DNA of 64,000 bases from Anolis carolinensis (Eukaryota): positions 175,848,107-175,912,106 of the forward strand of contig NC_085844.1 of NCBI RefSeq assembly GCF_035594765.1. The letters are read 5' to 3'. Made by a program: the position numbers and the translations under genes. Below, one piece after another: positions 46,850-59,300 of the stretch (position 1 is its first letter; every line of letters starts with the position of its first letter). The notes beneath the pieces were generated by a model that was not told the DNA's origin, made no database searches, and saw nothing but the letters and a program-made list of their open reading frames with translations.

Positions 46850-47306
46850 GAACATGAGTCAACGGTGCGATGTGGCAGCAAAAAAGCCAATGCAATTCTA
46901 GACTGCATCAATAAGAATATAGTGTCTAGAATAGATCAAGGGAAGTCATAGTCCCACTCTATTCTGTGTTGGTTAGACCTCACCTGGAACACTGTGTCCA
47001 GTTCCAGGCACCACAATTCACGAGGGATATTGACAAACTGGAACGTGTCCAGTGGAGGGCAACTACGGTAACATGATCAAAGATCTGGAAGCCAAGCCCT
47101 ATGAGGAACAGCTTAAAGAGCTGGATATGTTTAACTTGCAGAACAGAAGTCTGAAAGGACATGATAGCCATGTTAAAATGATGTCACATTGAGGAGGGGG
47201 CAAGTTTGTTTTCAGTTGCTCTGGAGGATTAAGACACAGAGTGATGGATTCAAATCATAGCAAATCAGATTCCACCTAAACATTAGAAAGAACTCTATGA
47301 TTCTAC
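46850..47306 (+). mobile_element. Degraded CR1 LINE 3' fragment
   Basis: GTTAGACCTCACCTGGAACACTGTGTCCAGTTC...ACATTAGAAAGAACTCTATGATTCTA; frameshifted RT C-terminus. Confidence 0.8.
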
Positions 47307-48136
47307 AATGCTGCCATAAAGCAGCAGAATCAGGGTTCAAATCTCCACTAAGCCATTAAACCTACTGAGTGACTTTGAGCAAGTCACACTCTCTCAGCCT
47401 AAAAGGAAGGCAATGGCAAACCTCTTTTGAACAAGCCTTGCTTAGAAAACTCTGTGATAGGTTCAGCATAGGATTGCCATGACTCAGAAATGACTTGAAG
47501 GCAAACAACAATTGGGACTGTTAAGCGGTGAAGCTGCCTACCTCCAGGAAATAATCAAACCACAAACTAACAAACCTGGCACCATTCATCTCTCAGAAAA
47601 GGAACATTAACAGTGTTTGTTTTGCTATTCCCTCCCAGAAAGAACACTTAGCCTAATGTAGAAATTATGACCTGGGGTTTATGTGAGTAACAATAAAATC
47701 CTAGACAGATGTTCAGGAGAGAAAGATAAATTGAATGCCACAGGATCTCCTCTCCCACATTAAATCAAAATTCAGCGAGTGATGCAGAGCAAGCAGAGCA
47801 ACGCACCACAAAAATCTAATTTGGAGGCAGCATTCTACACAGCACAGCAACTCATTTTAAATCCCTATTTTGTCATAAGAGAAATCCTATTAAAAACCAA
47901 CCATGTACTAAGAGTGAGTGAAGAGAGAAAATAGCTCCTGACTTTAAAATATATAGTGTGTCCATCCAAAATGCACACAGCCATAACAGCTTATAATTCA
48001 GGAATTCTGATTTTATGTATAATGATAATAATAATTCTTTTAAAACGAAATAATGAAAATGGGTTTTTAAATTGCATAGTTTTCAGGGCTGTGAGCAATT
48101 TGGACCCCACTCCTAGGAAAGTAACAACAACAACAA

Positions 48137-48594
48137 CGGGTTGCTGTGAATTTTCCAGGCTGTATATAGCCATGTTCCAGAAGCATACTTTAGTGATAAT
48201 GTGTTGTCAAAGGCTTTCATGGCCGGGATCACAGGGTTGTTGTATATCTTTCGGGCTGTGTGGCCATGTTCTAGAAGTATTCTCTCCTGACGTTTTGCCC
48301 ACATCTATGGCAGGCATCCTCATGTTTTGCCCACATGTATGGCAAGCATCCTCAGAGGTTGTGAGGATGCCTGCCATAGATGTGGGCGAAACGTCAGGAG
48401 AGAATACTTCTGGAACATGGCCACACAGCCCGAAAGACATACAACAACCCTGTACTTTAGTGATGTTTTGCCCACATCTATGGCAGGCATCCTCACAACC
48501 TCTGAGGATGCTTGCCATACATGTGGGCAAAACATCACTAAAGTATGCTTCTGGAACATGGCTATATACAGCCTGGAAAACTCACAGCAACCCT
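48137..48594. repeat. Nested inverted-repeat cluster made of Penelope pLTR/hammerhead segments
   Basis: Outer IR 48137-48199 / 48533-48594; inner IR 48233-48322 / 48362-48451. Confidence 0.85.
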
Positions 48595-49779
48595 GTGACA
48601 ACACAATAATTATAATGATAGTGTGTACCCCACTTTCCCCCTCAGGATTGGGACCCAAAACAGCCCATAGCCTTAAAATCCATGCCATTAAAAACATAAA
48701 TCATAAATATTAGAACTAAATTTTACAATTATCAGAACAACAATGTTATGCAGCCTTAACATGATTACAAATCCTAATAATACAGAAGCATCGCAAAACC
48801 GCAGGAGAAACTTGAAGACAGGTTTGCAACTTCAGAATTTGACATCAAAAGCAATGCCTATTGCTACACAGGGATGTCTTTTTCGAACCCCATACATCCA
48901 ATTGTAATTGAAGATGGAATTTGAAACTCTAATGAAAGCATTACAACACTTTATCCTTCAATATAAATGTATTTGTTTAAACATCTAATAATCACTACTA
49001 ATATTAGCTAATACAAAATACAGTAGAGTCTCTCCAAGCCTCTGGATAATCCAAGCCATTTTTGTAGTCGATGTTTTCAATGTATCGTGATATTTTGGTG
49101 CTAAATTCGTAAATACAGTAATTACTACATAGCATTACTGCGTATTGAACTACTTTTTCTGTCAAATTTGTTGTATAACATAGCAAGTTTTGGTGATTAA
49201 TTTGTAAAATCATAACCTAATTTGATGTTTAATAGGCTTTTCCTTAATCAATCCTTATTATCCAAGATATTCGCTTATCCAAGCTTCTCCCGGCCCGTTT
49301 AGCTTGGATAAGTGAGACTCTACTGTACAGACATTTCTGGGGGACATTCTGTACATATTCCAAGCAGGTGATTAAGGACACCACGGAAAAAGGGACCTGC
49401 ATGAAAGGACAAGGGGGCATCTACACTGAAGAATTAAAGCAGATTGATACCACTTTAGCTGCCATGGCTCAATGCTATGGAATCCACAGTTATAGTTTTA
49501 CAAGGTCTTTACTATTCTCTCCCTAAAAGTGCTGGTGAATCACCAAACCCCCAGGATTCCGTAGCATTGAGCCATGGCAGTTAAATTTGGGGTCAAACTG
49601 CATTAATTCTACAGTGCAGATGCACCCAGGGAGCCTGACACTTATGGCTATGAACCCAGCATCATCCTGCCTGCACATAAAACACAAGTGATTTCATTTG
49701 AAAGGGATCTACCAGCAAGGGAGCCGAGTAGGGGTGTGCTTCCGCCTAAACACGTATTTATCTGAACGTGTGAACCCCC

Positions 49780-50319
49780 TCCTGCAGCCTAGGCCCGGCT
49801 CAATTCCCCCTCCGCCAGGCGGCGCCATCACTACCTGTCAGCCGTAAAGCGAGGACGTACGGGCAGGCCTCTGTTGCCGGAAAAAGGCGCTTTCCCCGGC
49901 GGTCTCCCTTAAAGTGAAAGAGCGCCCTTGAAGCTTTATATAGGTTCGCTTCTAAGCCCCGCCTCTCTCAGCTCCGCCTTTTAAAGAGACAATTTCGCCT
50001 CACATTGGGCAAGCTTGGGCCCTCCAGGTGTTTTGGACTGCAACTCCCACAATTCCTAACAGCCTACCGACTATTAGGAATTGTGGGAGTTGCAGTCCAA
50101 AACACCTGGAGGGCCCAGGATTGCCCATGCCTCGTGTAGATGAATCAGTAACTATAAAAAACCCCCAAAGTCCTGTTCTTGGAAGCCCCTGGCAAATGAT
50201 TGGCGCGTTTCGAAAAACGTCACCCTTCTTCTAGGCTGCCATTGGCCGGGCGGCAAGGTCTGCCGGGATCGTATCCGGGGGCGTCTCCGGCCCCATTCCG
50301 CCTTCTGCCCGGGAGAAGG
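49780..50319. promoter_or_regulatory. Bidirectional CpG promoter shared by YIPF1 (-) and NDC1 (+)
   Basis: CpG-rich; minus-strand donor CAG|GTAG at 49835 (YIPF1 non-coding exon 1), minus-strand TATATAAA at 49942-49935, GC boxes ~49957-49978, inverted CCAAT boxes 50199-50203 and 50241-50245, E2F-like TTGGCGCG 50200-50207. Confidence 0.7.
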
Positions 50320-53300
50320 ATGCTTCATTCAACGCGGGAACAGCTAAACGTATGTATGGCCTGATGGATGTGCTAAGACACGTGTATAGCATAGTCACGT
50401 CTGAATGGTGGGGAAATACGGGTGAGACACGTGCTCATAAGAGCCACAGAGGACACCTACCTTGTAGAATACATGCGATCTGGCACCACTTTTAACTGTC
50501 ATGGCTTAATGCTATGGAAATTTGGGAGTTGTAGATTGGGGAGGCACCAGCACTCTTTAAAAGCCCTTGTGGAACTACAGCTCCCATAATTCCATAACAA
50601 TGAGCCAAGGCACTTAAAGTTTCAGACTGCATTCATTGACAAGAAACAATCAGAGCCAGTTAACACCTCCCAACAAAGGATTCCCCCAGGCAGAAAGCAG
50701 CCAGGCTTTGAAGCTGCCAGATAATTCAATGCTAATCAAGCTGGCCAATTGCTACATTCACACTTGCCTCCAACAGACAAGAGTTCTTTCTCCCACCCTG
50801 GACCTTCCACAGATACATAAACCTCATTTGCCTTCAGACCTCACAACCTCTGAGGATGCCTGCCATAGGTGTGGGCGAAACGTCAGGAGGGAATGCTTCT
50901 GGAACTCTAAAACTCTAAAATCAGGATAGTAAATAAAGAACAACACTCTGAAAATGGGAGAATTCCAGACAGGAAACAATCAGGGCCAGCTAACACCTCC
51001 CAACAAAGGATTCCCTCAGGCAGGAAGCAGCCAGGCTTTGAACATGCAAGTCAATCAAGGTGATCAACTGCAACATTCACATCTGTCCTAGGCAGACAAA
51101 AGTTATTTCTCCCAGCATGGACTTTCCACAGGTATATAAACCCTACTTGCCTAGTTTCCAACAGACCTCACAACCTCTGAGGATGCCTGCCATAGATATG
51201 AGCAAAATGTCAGGAGAGAATGCTTCTGGAACATGGCCATACAGCCCAGAAAACTCACAGCAACCCAGTAATTAAGTACTGCAATACATGCCACAGGAAA
51301 TAATTCCTGCATTTTTAATGAGTGCTTATGTGCTGGAAATTATTTCACTGACCATCTGTAAAATAAATATCAGCATAATTCGTTGAAAAATTAGTTGTCA
51401 AGCATATTTGTAAATGCGATTTAGTACAATGGTTGGGGATAGCTTACTTTTTGGGAGTAACTGAAGAGTGCATCTACGTTGCAGAATTAATACAGTTTGA
51501 CAATAGTTTAACTGCTATGAAATCATGAGAGCTGTAGTTTTACTAGCTCCTTAGCCTTCTCTGACAGTTCTGGTGCCTCACCAAACTACAATTCCCATGA
51601 TTCCATAGCATTGAGCCATGGCAGTTAAAGTGGTCTCAAACTATTAATTTTAGAATGTAAATCAAGCATGGGTAAACTTCGGCCCTCCAGGTGTTCTGGA
51701 CTTCAACTCCCACAATTCCTAACAGCCGGCTGTTAGTAAGTGTGGGAGTTGAAGTCCAGAACACCTGGAGGGCCGAAGTTTGCCCGTACCTGATGTAGAT
51801 TGTATCTAAAGGCAAGGATTTTTTAAACTTTCTGTTTTCTTTCCTAGATCTTGGGATGGAGAGCCGCTGCAACTATAGCTTGGTCTCTGCTTCTGCTTCC
51901 TCTTTGTGTTGCAGTTTTCATCACCATCAGCAGTGTTGACCTTGTCCACCCTATACAATGGATCACAAGTATGTACCATATCCTGTATGAGATGTACAAA
52001 TGCTTCTCAGCATTTATGTTGCATGTTAATCAAAGTGCACATTGTCTTGGTAATTCTTAACAATAGCCCAAGAAAGGGATGGGAGAGAAAGAATGGCTTG
52101 ACTTAACGACTATTCAGTGACCATCTACATATACCTTGCTAGACCAGACTTCTTGAGTCTGATGTAGTCCAGATGTGTCCCAGCAAGAATAAACCATGAC
52201 CAAGTTTGTTCAGATAATGGGAGTTGTGGTCCAACACTCAGAGAAGTCTGTGCTAAATCATTTATTTATTTATTTATTTATTTATTTTTCAAACTTATAT
52301 GCCGCCACTCCCCTAGGGCTCGGAGCGGCTTACAAGAACCGGCTAAAATCAACAATTTAAAAAACATCTTAAAAACATCTTAAAAAACATCTTAAAAAAC
52401 ATCCTAAAGGCACCTTTTAAAACATCAACAACAGAACTCAAAAGCCTGTCGAAACAGGTGTGTCTTACATGGCCTACGGAAGGCCAACAAGTCCCGCAAG
52501 GCACGAACTTCCGGTGGCAAGGTGTTCCAGAGAGATGGCGCCACTACTGAAAAGGCTCTGCGTCTAGTTGCAGTTAGATGCAAAGTCTTAAAACTGGGGA
52601 CTTCCAACAGGTCTTGGTCCTCGGAACGGAGGGATCTCTGGGGTTTGTAGGGAGTGAGGCGGTCCCTCAGGTACATCGGCCCTAGACCATGTAAGGCCTT
52701 GAAGGTAAGCACCATCACTTTGAAAGTGATCCGGTGCTCAATTGGTAACCAGTGCAGCTGCCGTAAGATTGGTGTTATGTGGCATCTTATCGGGACTCCC
52801 GCAAGGAGCCGGGCAACTGCATTTTGCACCAATTTGAGCTTCCGGATCACCGACACAGGAAAGCCAATGTAAAGGGCGTTACAGTAATCCAGTCTCAAGA
52901 TAACTGTGGCCTGGATCACCGTAGCCAGGTTGTCCCTAGACAGATAGGGGGCTAGCCGTCTAGCCTGCCGAAGATGAAAGAAGGCAGTTTTGGTAACGGC
53001 GGAGACCTGGGCCTCCATCGACAATGAAGGGTCCAAGAGGACTCCCAGACTCTTTACCAGTAAAGATGGGCATAGCACTTCGCCATCCAGGGTTGGCAAC
53101 TGGATATCCCCACTGCCTGGTTGGCCCATCCATAGGATCTCCGTCTTTGCTGGATTCACCCTCAACCTACTGGAACGCAACCATGGTGAGATTGATAAGT
53201 ATGAGCTGGTTCTTGCCTTGTGTGCTCTCCTCTTTCCCTCCTAATAGCACCATTATGTAATATTATGTAATATCATTTTTTTTATTGTTACCATGTTTCG

Positions 53301-56300
53301 TTTCCCTATAAATAAAACCCCTCCAAGAGCCCAAGTCTTTAGCAACCCTGCTGAAGTCTTGCAAACTCTTATTGTGTTTCCCTATGAGTCAAGTTGGATG
53401 TATCTGCATGATAAAATTGATGCAGTTTGATGCCACTTCAACTGCCATAGCTCCATGCTATAGAAGCCTGGGGTTTGTGGTTTGGTGTTCGACAGCACTC
53501 TTTGGCAGAAAAGGCTATAGACCTTGCAAAACTACATCTCCCATGACTTTGTTGCATTAGCCACGGCAGTCAAAGTGGTGTCACACTGCATTAATTCTGC
53601 AGTGTAAATGCATCTGTTGTTTCATGGTATCTCCAAAGCATGACAGAGAGTGGTCAGGCTTCATTTGCTCTTGGAGCCATTTATTTGCCTTTCTGTCAAT
53701 CCACATTTTCTCTAGAATTTTCCTACAGCACCGCATTTCAAATGAGTTGATTCTCTTCTTACAATTTTCTATTTTAGATGCATTCAATGACTTATATACC
53801 TCCTATGTGATCTTTTGCATACTACTGATGTCTGTGGTGATAGTGGTAATAAATATCTTCATTGTTGAATTTCATGCAGGTGAGTTGAACTGAATGTACT
53901 GTTAGCTTTCTATGAGACTATTGCTTTATGCTGAATTGTGTTTCAACTTTGCTTTAAGTCTGCTATATTTCACTGCATAACAAGAAACTTGGCCTTTATG
54001 ATATTTTTAAACTTTATTTTTTCATAAATCTTAAATAACCCTGAAAGCTACTGCTAAATCTATATTTATCTGATTTCACGTTGTCCTCTATCTGTTCTTT
54101 TTAAGATGCTCAGTGTCAAGAGTCAGACGCCAATTAGCGAACAAAAATAGAGTTTATTCAGCAGATAAGCCAAAAAGTAATGTTAACACAGAAAAAACCT
54201 TGAAACACTTCACTATCAGTGCTTCAAGAGCAGTTCAAACAAAAATGTAATTCAGCAACACAAGCAGGTAAAAACAAAGCTAAACAAACTTAGTGCAAAC
54301 TGCACTTTCTGAGTCCAAGCCCTGCTAGCCGGCTCTGTAGTTTTCAAAGGAACAATTCCCAAAAGAAAACACCAAATTGGTCAGGAAACAAACAAACAAA
54401 CTAAGAATGCAGTAGACTGCTTCCACAATGTGTATAAAGCCGAAGGCTCCAAAAGAATGGTGAAAAGACGTCGTCCGGGATTCCAAGGTCAGGTCAGGAG
54501 ATAACAGCGGTGTCCAAAGAGCAAGCCAGGAGTCAAAAGCCAATAGTAGTCATCAATCACAGGGCGAAGGCAGTAGCAAGGTCAAATTCCGATCCAAGGT
54601 CTGAAGAGGGTGCAGTCATCCAAAACAGGTCCACGATAAGACACAGCGAGAGCCAAGCTAGGTGATAACAGCAGATTCAAATCATAGTCCAAGTCCAGTC
54701 TTCATGGAAACACAGAGATCCCAATGGCGCCTCAGCAACACCTTGCCACACGCAAAGTGAAGTGGCCAAACATTCCCATTTTATTCCCCTTCCTCCTGGG
54801 TGACCAAACACTCACACCCAAACACCAGGTGTCCCAAATCTACTCAGAGTCTGAGCTCCACACAGCTAGAGCTCGTGGATCTGGAGTACCTAGCAATTCG
54901 TCGGAGTCCCAATCATCCTGCCCACACTTAGCCCCATGAACACTTAAAGAACCATCCTCCCTTCTCCAAGCATCCCAATTGGGATCAGCTCCTGCAGAAA
55001 CCCCAGGTTCAGAAGTATCCATAGACCCCAAATCCCCAGACATTGTGGCTGTGCCCATTCAGTGCCCGCTTCCCCAGCCACCACCTGTTCCTCAGCATCC
55101 ATCTCCCCATCTGAATCTTCCTCAGAAGATCCCCCATATAGCTCTCTAAGTCGCTTCCTGCGCAACTCCTCCAGTGAACCCTCATCACGAGGGTTTTTTC
55201 TTCCTCTTCGAATTCCATCCCCATCAACCTTAATCCCCGAAGGCGCAGTCACAACACTCAGGATGCTTGAAAAAACTATCATACCTTCTTTAGGAAAGGC
55301 TTCTATCATATTTTGAACTCCTGAAAACTTAAATCAGAGTGAGATGGTTGGAAAGTGATGTTTCAAATCACTTTCCAACCATCAAATGTGACCAAAATAA
55401 GAAGTGTTTTGCCTTGCTTTGGGTCAGGGGGTGCCTAATGCTGTTTTTCCTATGTTGCAGTTGTGCCTTCCATTCCTTGCTCTCGATTGGCATTGATCAG
55501 TAAGATTATCCACCCACAGCAGGTGATCCATTCAGTTGCCCATGCTGTCATGGGGATGCTGGTGGCTTGGTGTGCTGCCATTATGACGAAAGGGAAGTTC
55601 CTGCTTCTATCTGTACCCTGCACAAATACAGAAAGGTGGGTTCTGGGGGGTTATAGAGCTACTTTTACAAACATCACTTCTTGTGAAAATAAATATCAAA
55701 ATACTCTCAAATGATAGTGTTTTTACATCCTCATTTCCCCCAAGTGTGACTTGTTTCAAATATAGGCAAGTAACGATCTGGCAACCCAGATTTTTGTCTT
55801 GAGGAAGTACTGTATATACTTGTGTATAAGTCGAGGGCAGGGAGGCAGTGGCTATCATCACCATTTTCCCAGGCATTCAAAAAAGGCCAGAAGCAGTGCT
55901 ATAATGAAGAGAATAATGGGGTCAATATTTTTTTTAGGTCTCTGTAGATGAACTAAATCCTTATCTTTCTTTTTAAATTTAAGGAACAGTACTTACACTG
56001 ATCCATGGATAAGTCAACCCAGAGTTTTTGGTTTTATTTTTTAACTAAAATTTCTAGATTTAAACATGAGTATATGCAGTAAATTGTTTTTATACTTGTC
56101 ATTGTTTGGTTATGATAAGTCTTTGATTTGAGATACAATTGGACCTTGGCATCCGCTGGGGTTAGGTGCCAGGAATCCATGGGTGTTAAACTCCCATTAT
56201 ATACATTATTAGACATCTGTTACGTACAACAAAAAGGTTTGCTTTTGGGATTTTTGTTCTGAATATTTTCATCCCTAGGTGGTTTCATCCATGGCTACAG

Positions 56301-59300
56301 AACCAGTGGATATGATAATTGTGCTATTTTTGCTGAATCAGATAGAGATGGAGGAAGTTTATTTATTTATTTACTGTATTTATATACCGCTTTTCTCACC
56401 CCTAATGGCAAAATTCAATGCCAAACATACATGTAAACCAAATCATATCTAATCAATAAACGTATAACTATGCATTAAAACAATGAAACCATTAAAACAT
56501 AAGATATAGACAATATTTAGACAATCAACATAGAATTAAAATAACTAATATAAATATTAAAATCACATGATCCAAAACCATAAACCGGGACTGTCCTCAT
56601 TGTCAATTGCACATATTCCCTATTTATTTCTTGCCCTGCATTACTTTATTGCCCAAAAGCTTGTTCCCATAACCATGTCTTTTTTTTTCCCTGAAGGCCA
56701 AGAGGGAAGGCTCTGATCTAATCTCACTGGGGAGAGGGTTCCAGAGCCAAGGAGCCACCACTGTCTCTTGTCCCCACCAACTGCACTTGTGAAGGAGGTG
56801 GGATCGAGAGCAGGGCCTCCCCAGAAGATCTTAACCTCCGTGATGTTCATAGAGGGAGATACGTTTGGACAGATAAGCTGGGCCGGAACCGTTTAGTTGC
56901 TTCCTGTTGCCTCAGTTTTCCCATACTCTTGGATAGCTAAAATGTTAGTTTGTTTAACAGAAAAAGAATAGGATAATTGTAAAAAAATAATAGACTGCTT
57001 TACCATTAAAACATGCAAACAACTTTTTTAGCATTGGTTCCATTTTTTTAAACTCAAAATTTTAAGGATAAGACTGAGTATAAAGTTGTAGCATATATAT
57101 ACTTGTGGAATTAAATTAATGAAAGTAACTATTTTTGCTTTAGTGCCCCTGATGCTGACCTGCATGTGTGCCTGAATGAATACCACCTCTTTCTCTTGCT
57201 CCTTGGTGCTTTTATGGGTTACAGCTACAGCCTCCGATATCTTGTCAACAATATGAACTACCTTCCCTTCCCAATCATACAGGTAGGTGCAGAAAGGTCA
57301 GCGGGAATATGACGATGTGGAGTGGAGGGAAGAACCTTAATATCAAGTTGAGTTCAGGAAGGATTCTTTCAGAAGAAATGCCTCAAATGTAATAAGTTTG
57401 GTCTGCAGAATGGCCTTTGAGACACTGGGTGATGCTTTCACAAATTCTCCCTGGCATCATAAGAACTTTTTAAAATGTTTTTGGATCACTGGCATCATTT
57501 GCCAGTTTTAATTTGATATTAGATGCTGCTACATTTCCCCACTACTGGTTTGATCTTTTTATTATGTTCTTTCTCTTGTACATGGTTAGTATTATATGTT
57601 TTTAATGATTTCTTACAATGGCTACATAATGTCTGTTACTGGTCAGTTTAAAAATACTGCTGTATAATAAATAATACATAAATATATAAATAAAATTCTG
57701 AGAATCATGTGTAGATAAAAGCTTGTAGAAATAACAATCTTCTCAGGATCCAACTCAGCAATTCTTGGATTTATTTGTTGCCTTTTATAGTTACTATAAT
57801 ACTTAGAAAAGCAGAAATAAACCAAGGTTACCTTATTAGTTAACTTTGTTGGGAGATCCAGAGCAGTTGACATCCCTGAAACAATTTCTAATTTAAAATG
57901 AGGCTGCCCTTCCAAATCAAAAGTGCTACATGGATATGTTCTTTAAACTATTCCCTCTTCAAACATTTGTACCATATTTTTCAGCAATACAAGTATCTGC
58001 GCTTCAGACGATCCCTTCCCCTCCTGGCAAAGCATAGTTGTGTGGAATCACTTTATATGGTTAGGAACTTCTGTGCTGCCTACTACTTCTTTGGTAAGAT
58101 TTCACTTGTTCACTTTTCTGTAAACAATCCTAAGGATGAGATCTCTTCCAAGGTAAAATACATGTTGCTTTCCAGAAACTTTTGTATGACTAATATATGA
58201 AGAAAGTGTTCTGGAGTACAGAAATTACAAAACGATTCTTCCTTTAGACATCCTGCCATGTGAGATAAGTAATGTTTAGTAGTATTGAGCTCAAAGAAAG
58301 AACTGATGAGCACATATGAAAAGTCAAAGCAAATCAGGAGACAAAGCTGCATATGCTGACAGATAGTTTCTTTATTTGTTTTATTTGTATTAAGCATGAA
58401 AAATGTGTCCAGTAGGTTATTAGGATGTCTTGTATATCTCTTTTCTTTCATTCTCCCTGCTGTGTTATCCAAGTAGAGCACATTGTTGCAGATGTAATGT
58501 GGGTTGAACAATAGTTAGTGTTTTAGCAGGATGTCCTTATATTGGATTGATTCAGACGTAGTCATGCTTACAGTGGACTTGTTGAAATTGATGGACGCAT
58601 TAGTCATGGCTAACTCAAATCCCAGGGATTTTAGTGGACTTACTCTAAACATGACTATATCTGGATCCAACGTAGTAACTGGAACAGGGACTGTAGCATG
58701 GAAGGGCTTTTAGCTTGAGGTAACAGCCAGGGTAAGACTATGTGTCATTAGGCTGGGTATCCATGAAATGTGATGACGTTGACTTATCTTTGTTATATAA
58801 ATAGTTATGTTAAGCTAGAATAAAATTAATTTTGTCTCAGATTTCCCCCCAAAAAAGGTTATTAAATGTATTGTTCATAATATATTTTTACAAGGAAAAT
58901 TATTCTTTAAAGATCAAAAAGTATTATATGCCTGTCTTTACACAGCTTGATTTTTCTGCTTGTGGTACTTTAGGTTATATTCCAAGGACGTGGATAATTA
59001 CCACAATGAACCTTCAAACTGATAGGTTTGTATCTGAAAGCATTACAGTTATTTTTCTTTCTTAATTAATGGTGTGTGAGTAAAAGAGGTATTTCTAGTC
59101 ATTTTACAGGTTGCAAAAGAATATAGATGTGGTGATTGGCTTTCGGGTATGTTGGGCTTAGGCAATGGAAATTCTTAGATATTAACACCAATTCTAATTT
59201 TAATGGAGCTTCAAGTCAAATAAGAAGCTGATTAAAATGCTATTTATAAACCTTCTATACCAGTCTGAGCTTTTATTGCATGTTTCTAGACTCTTTTTAA

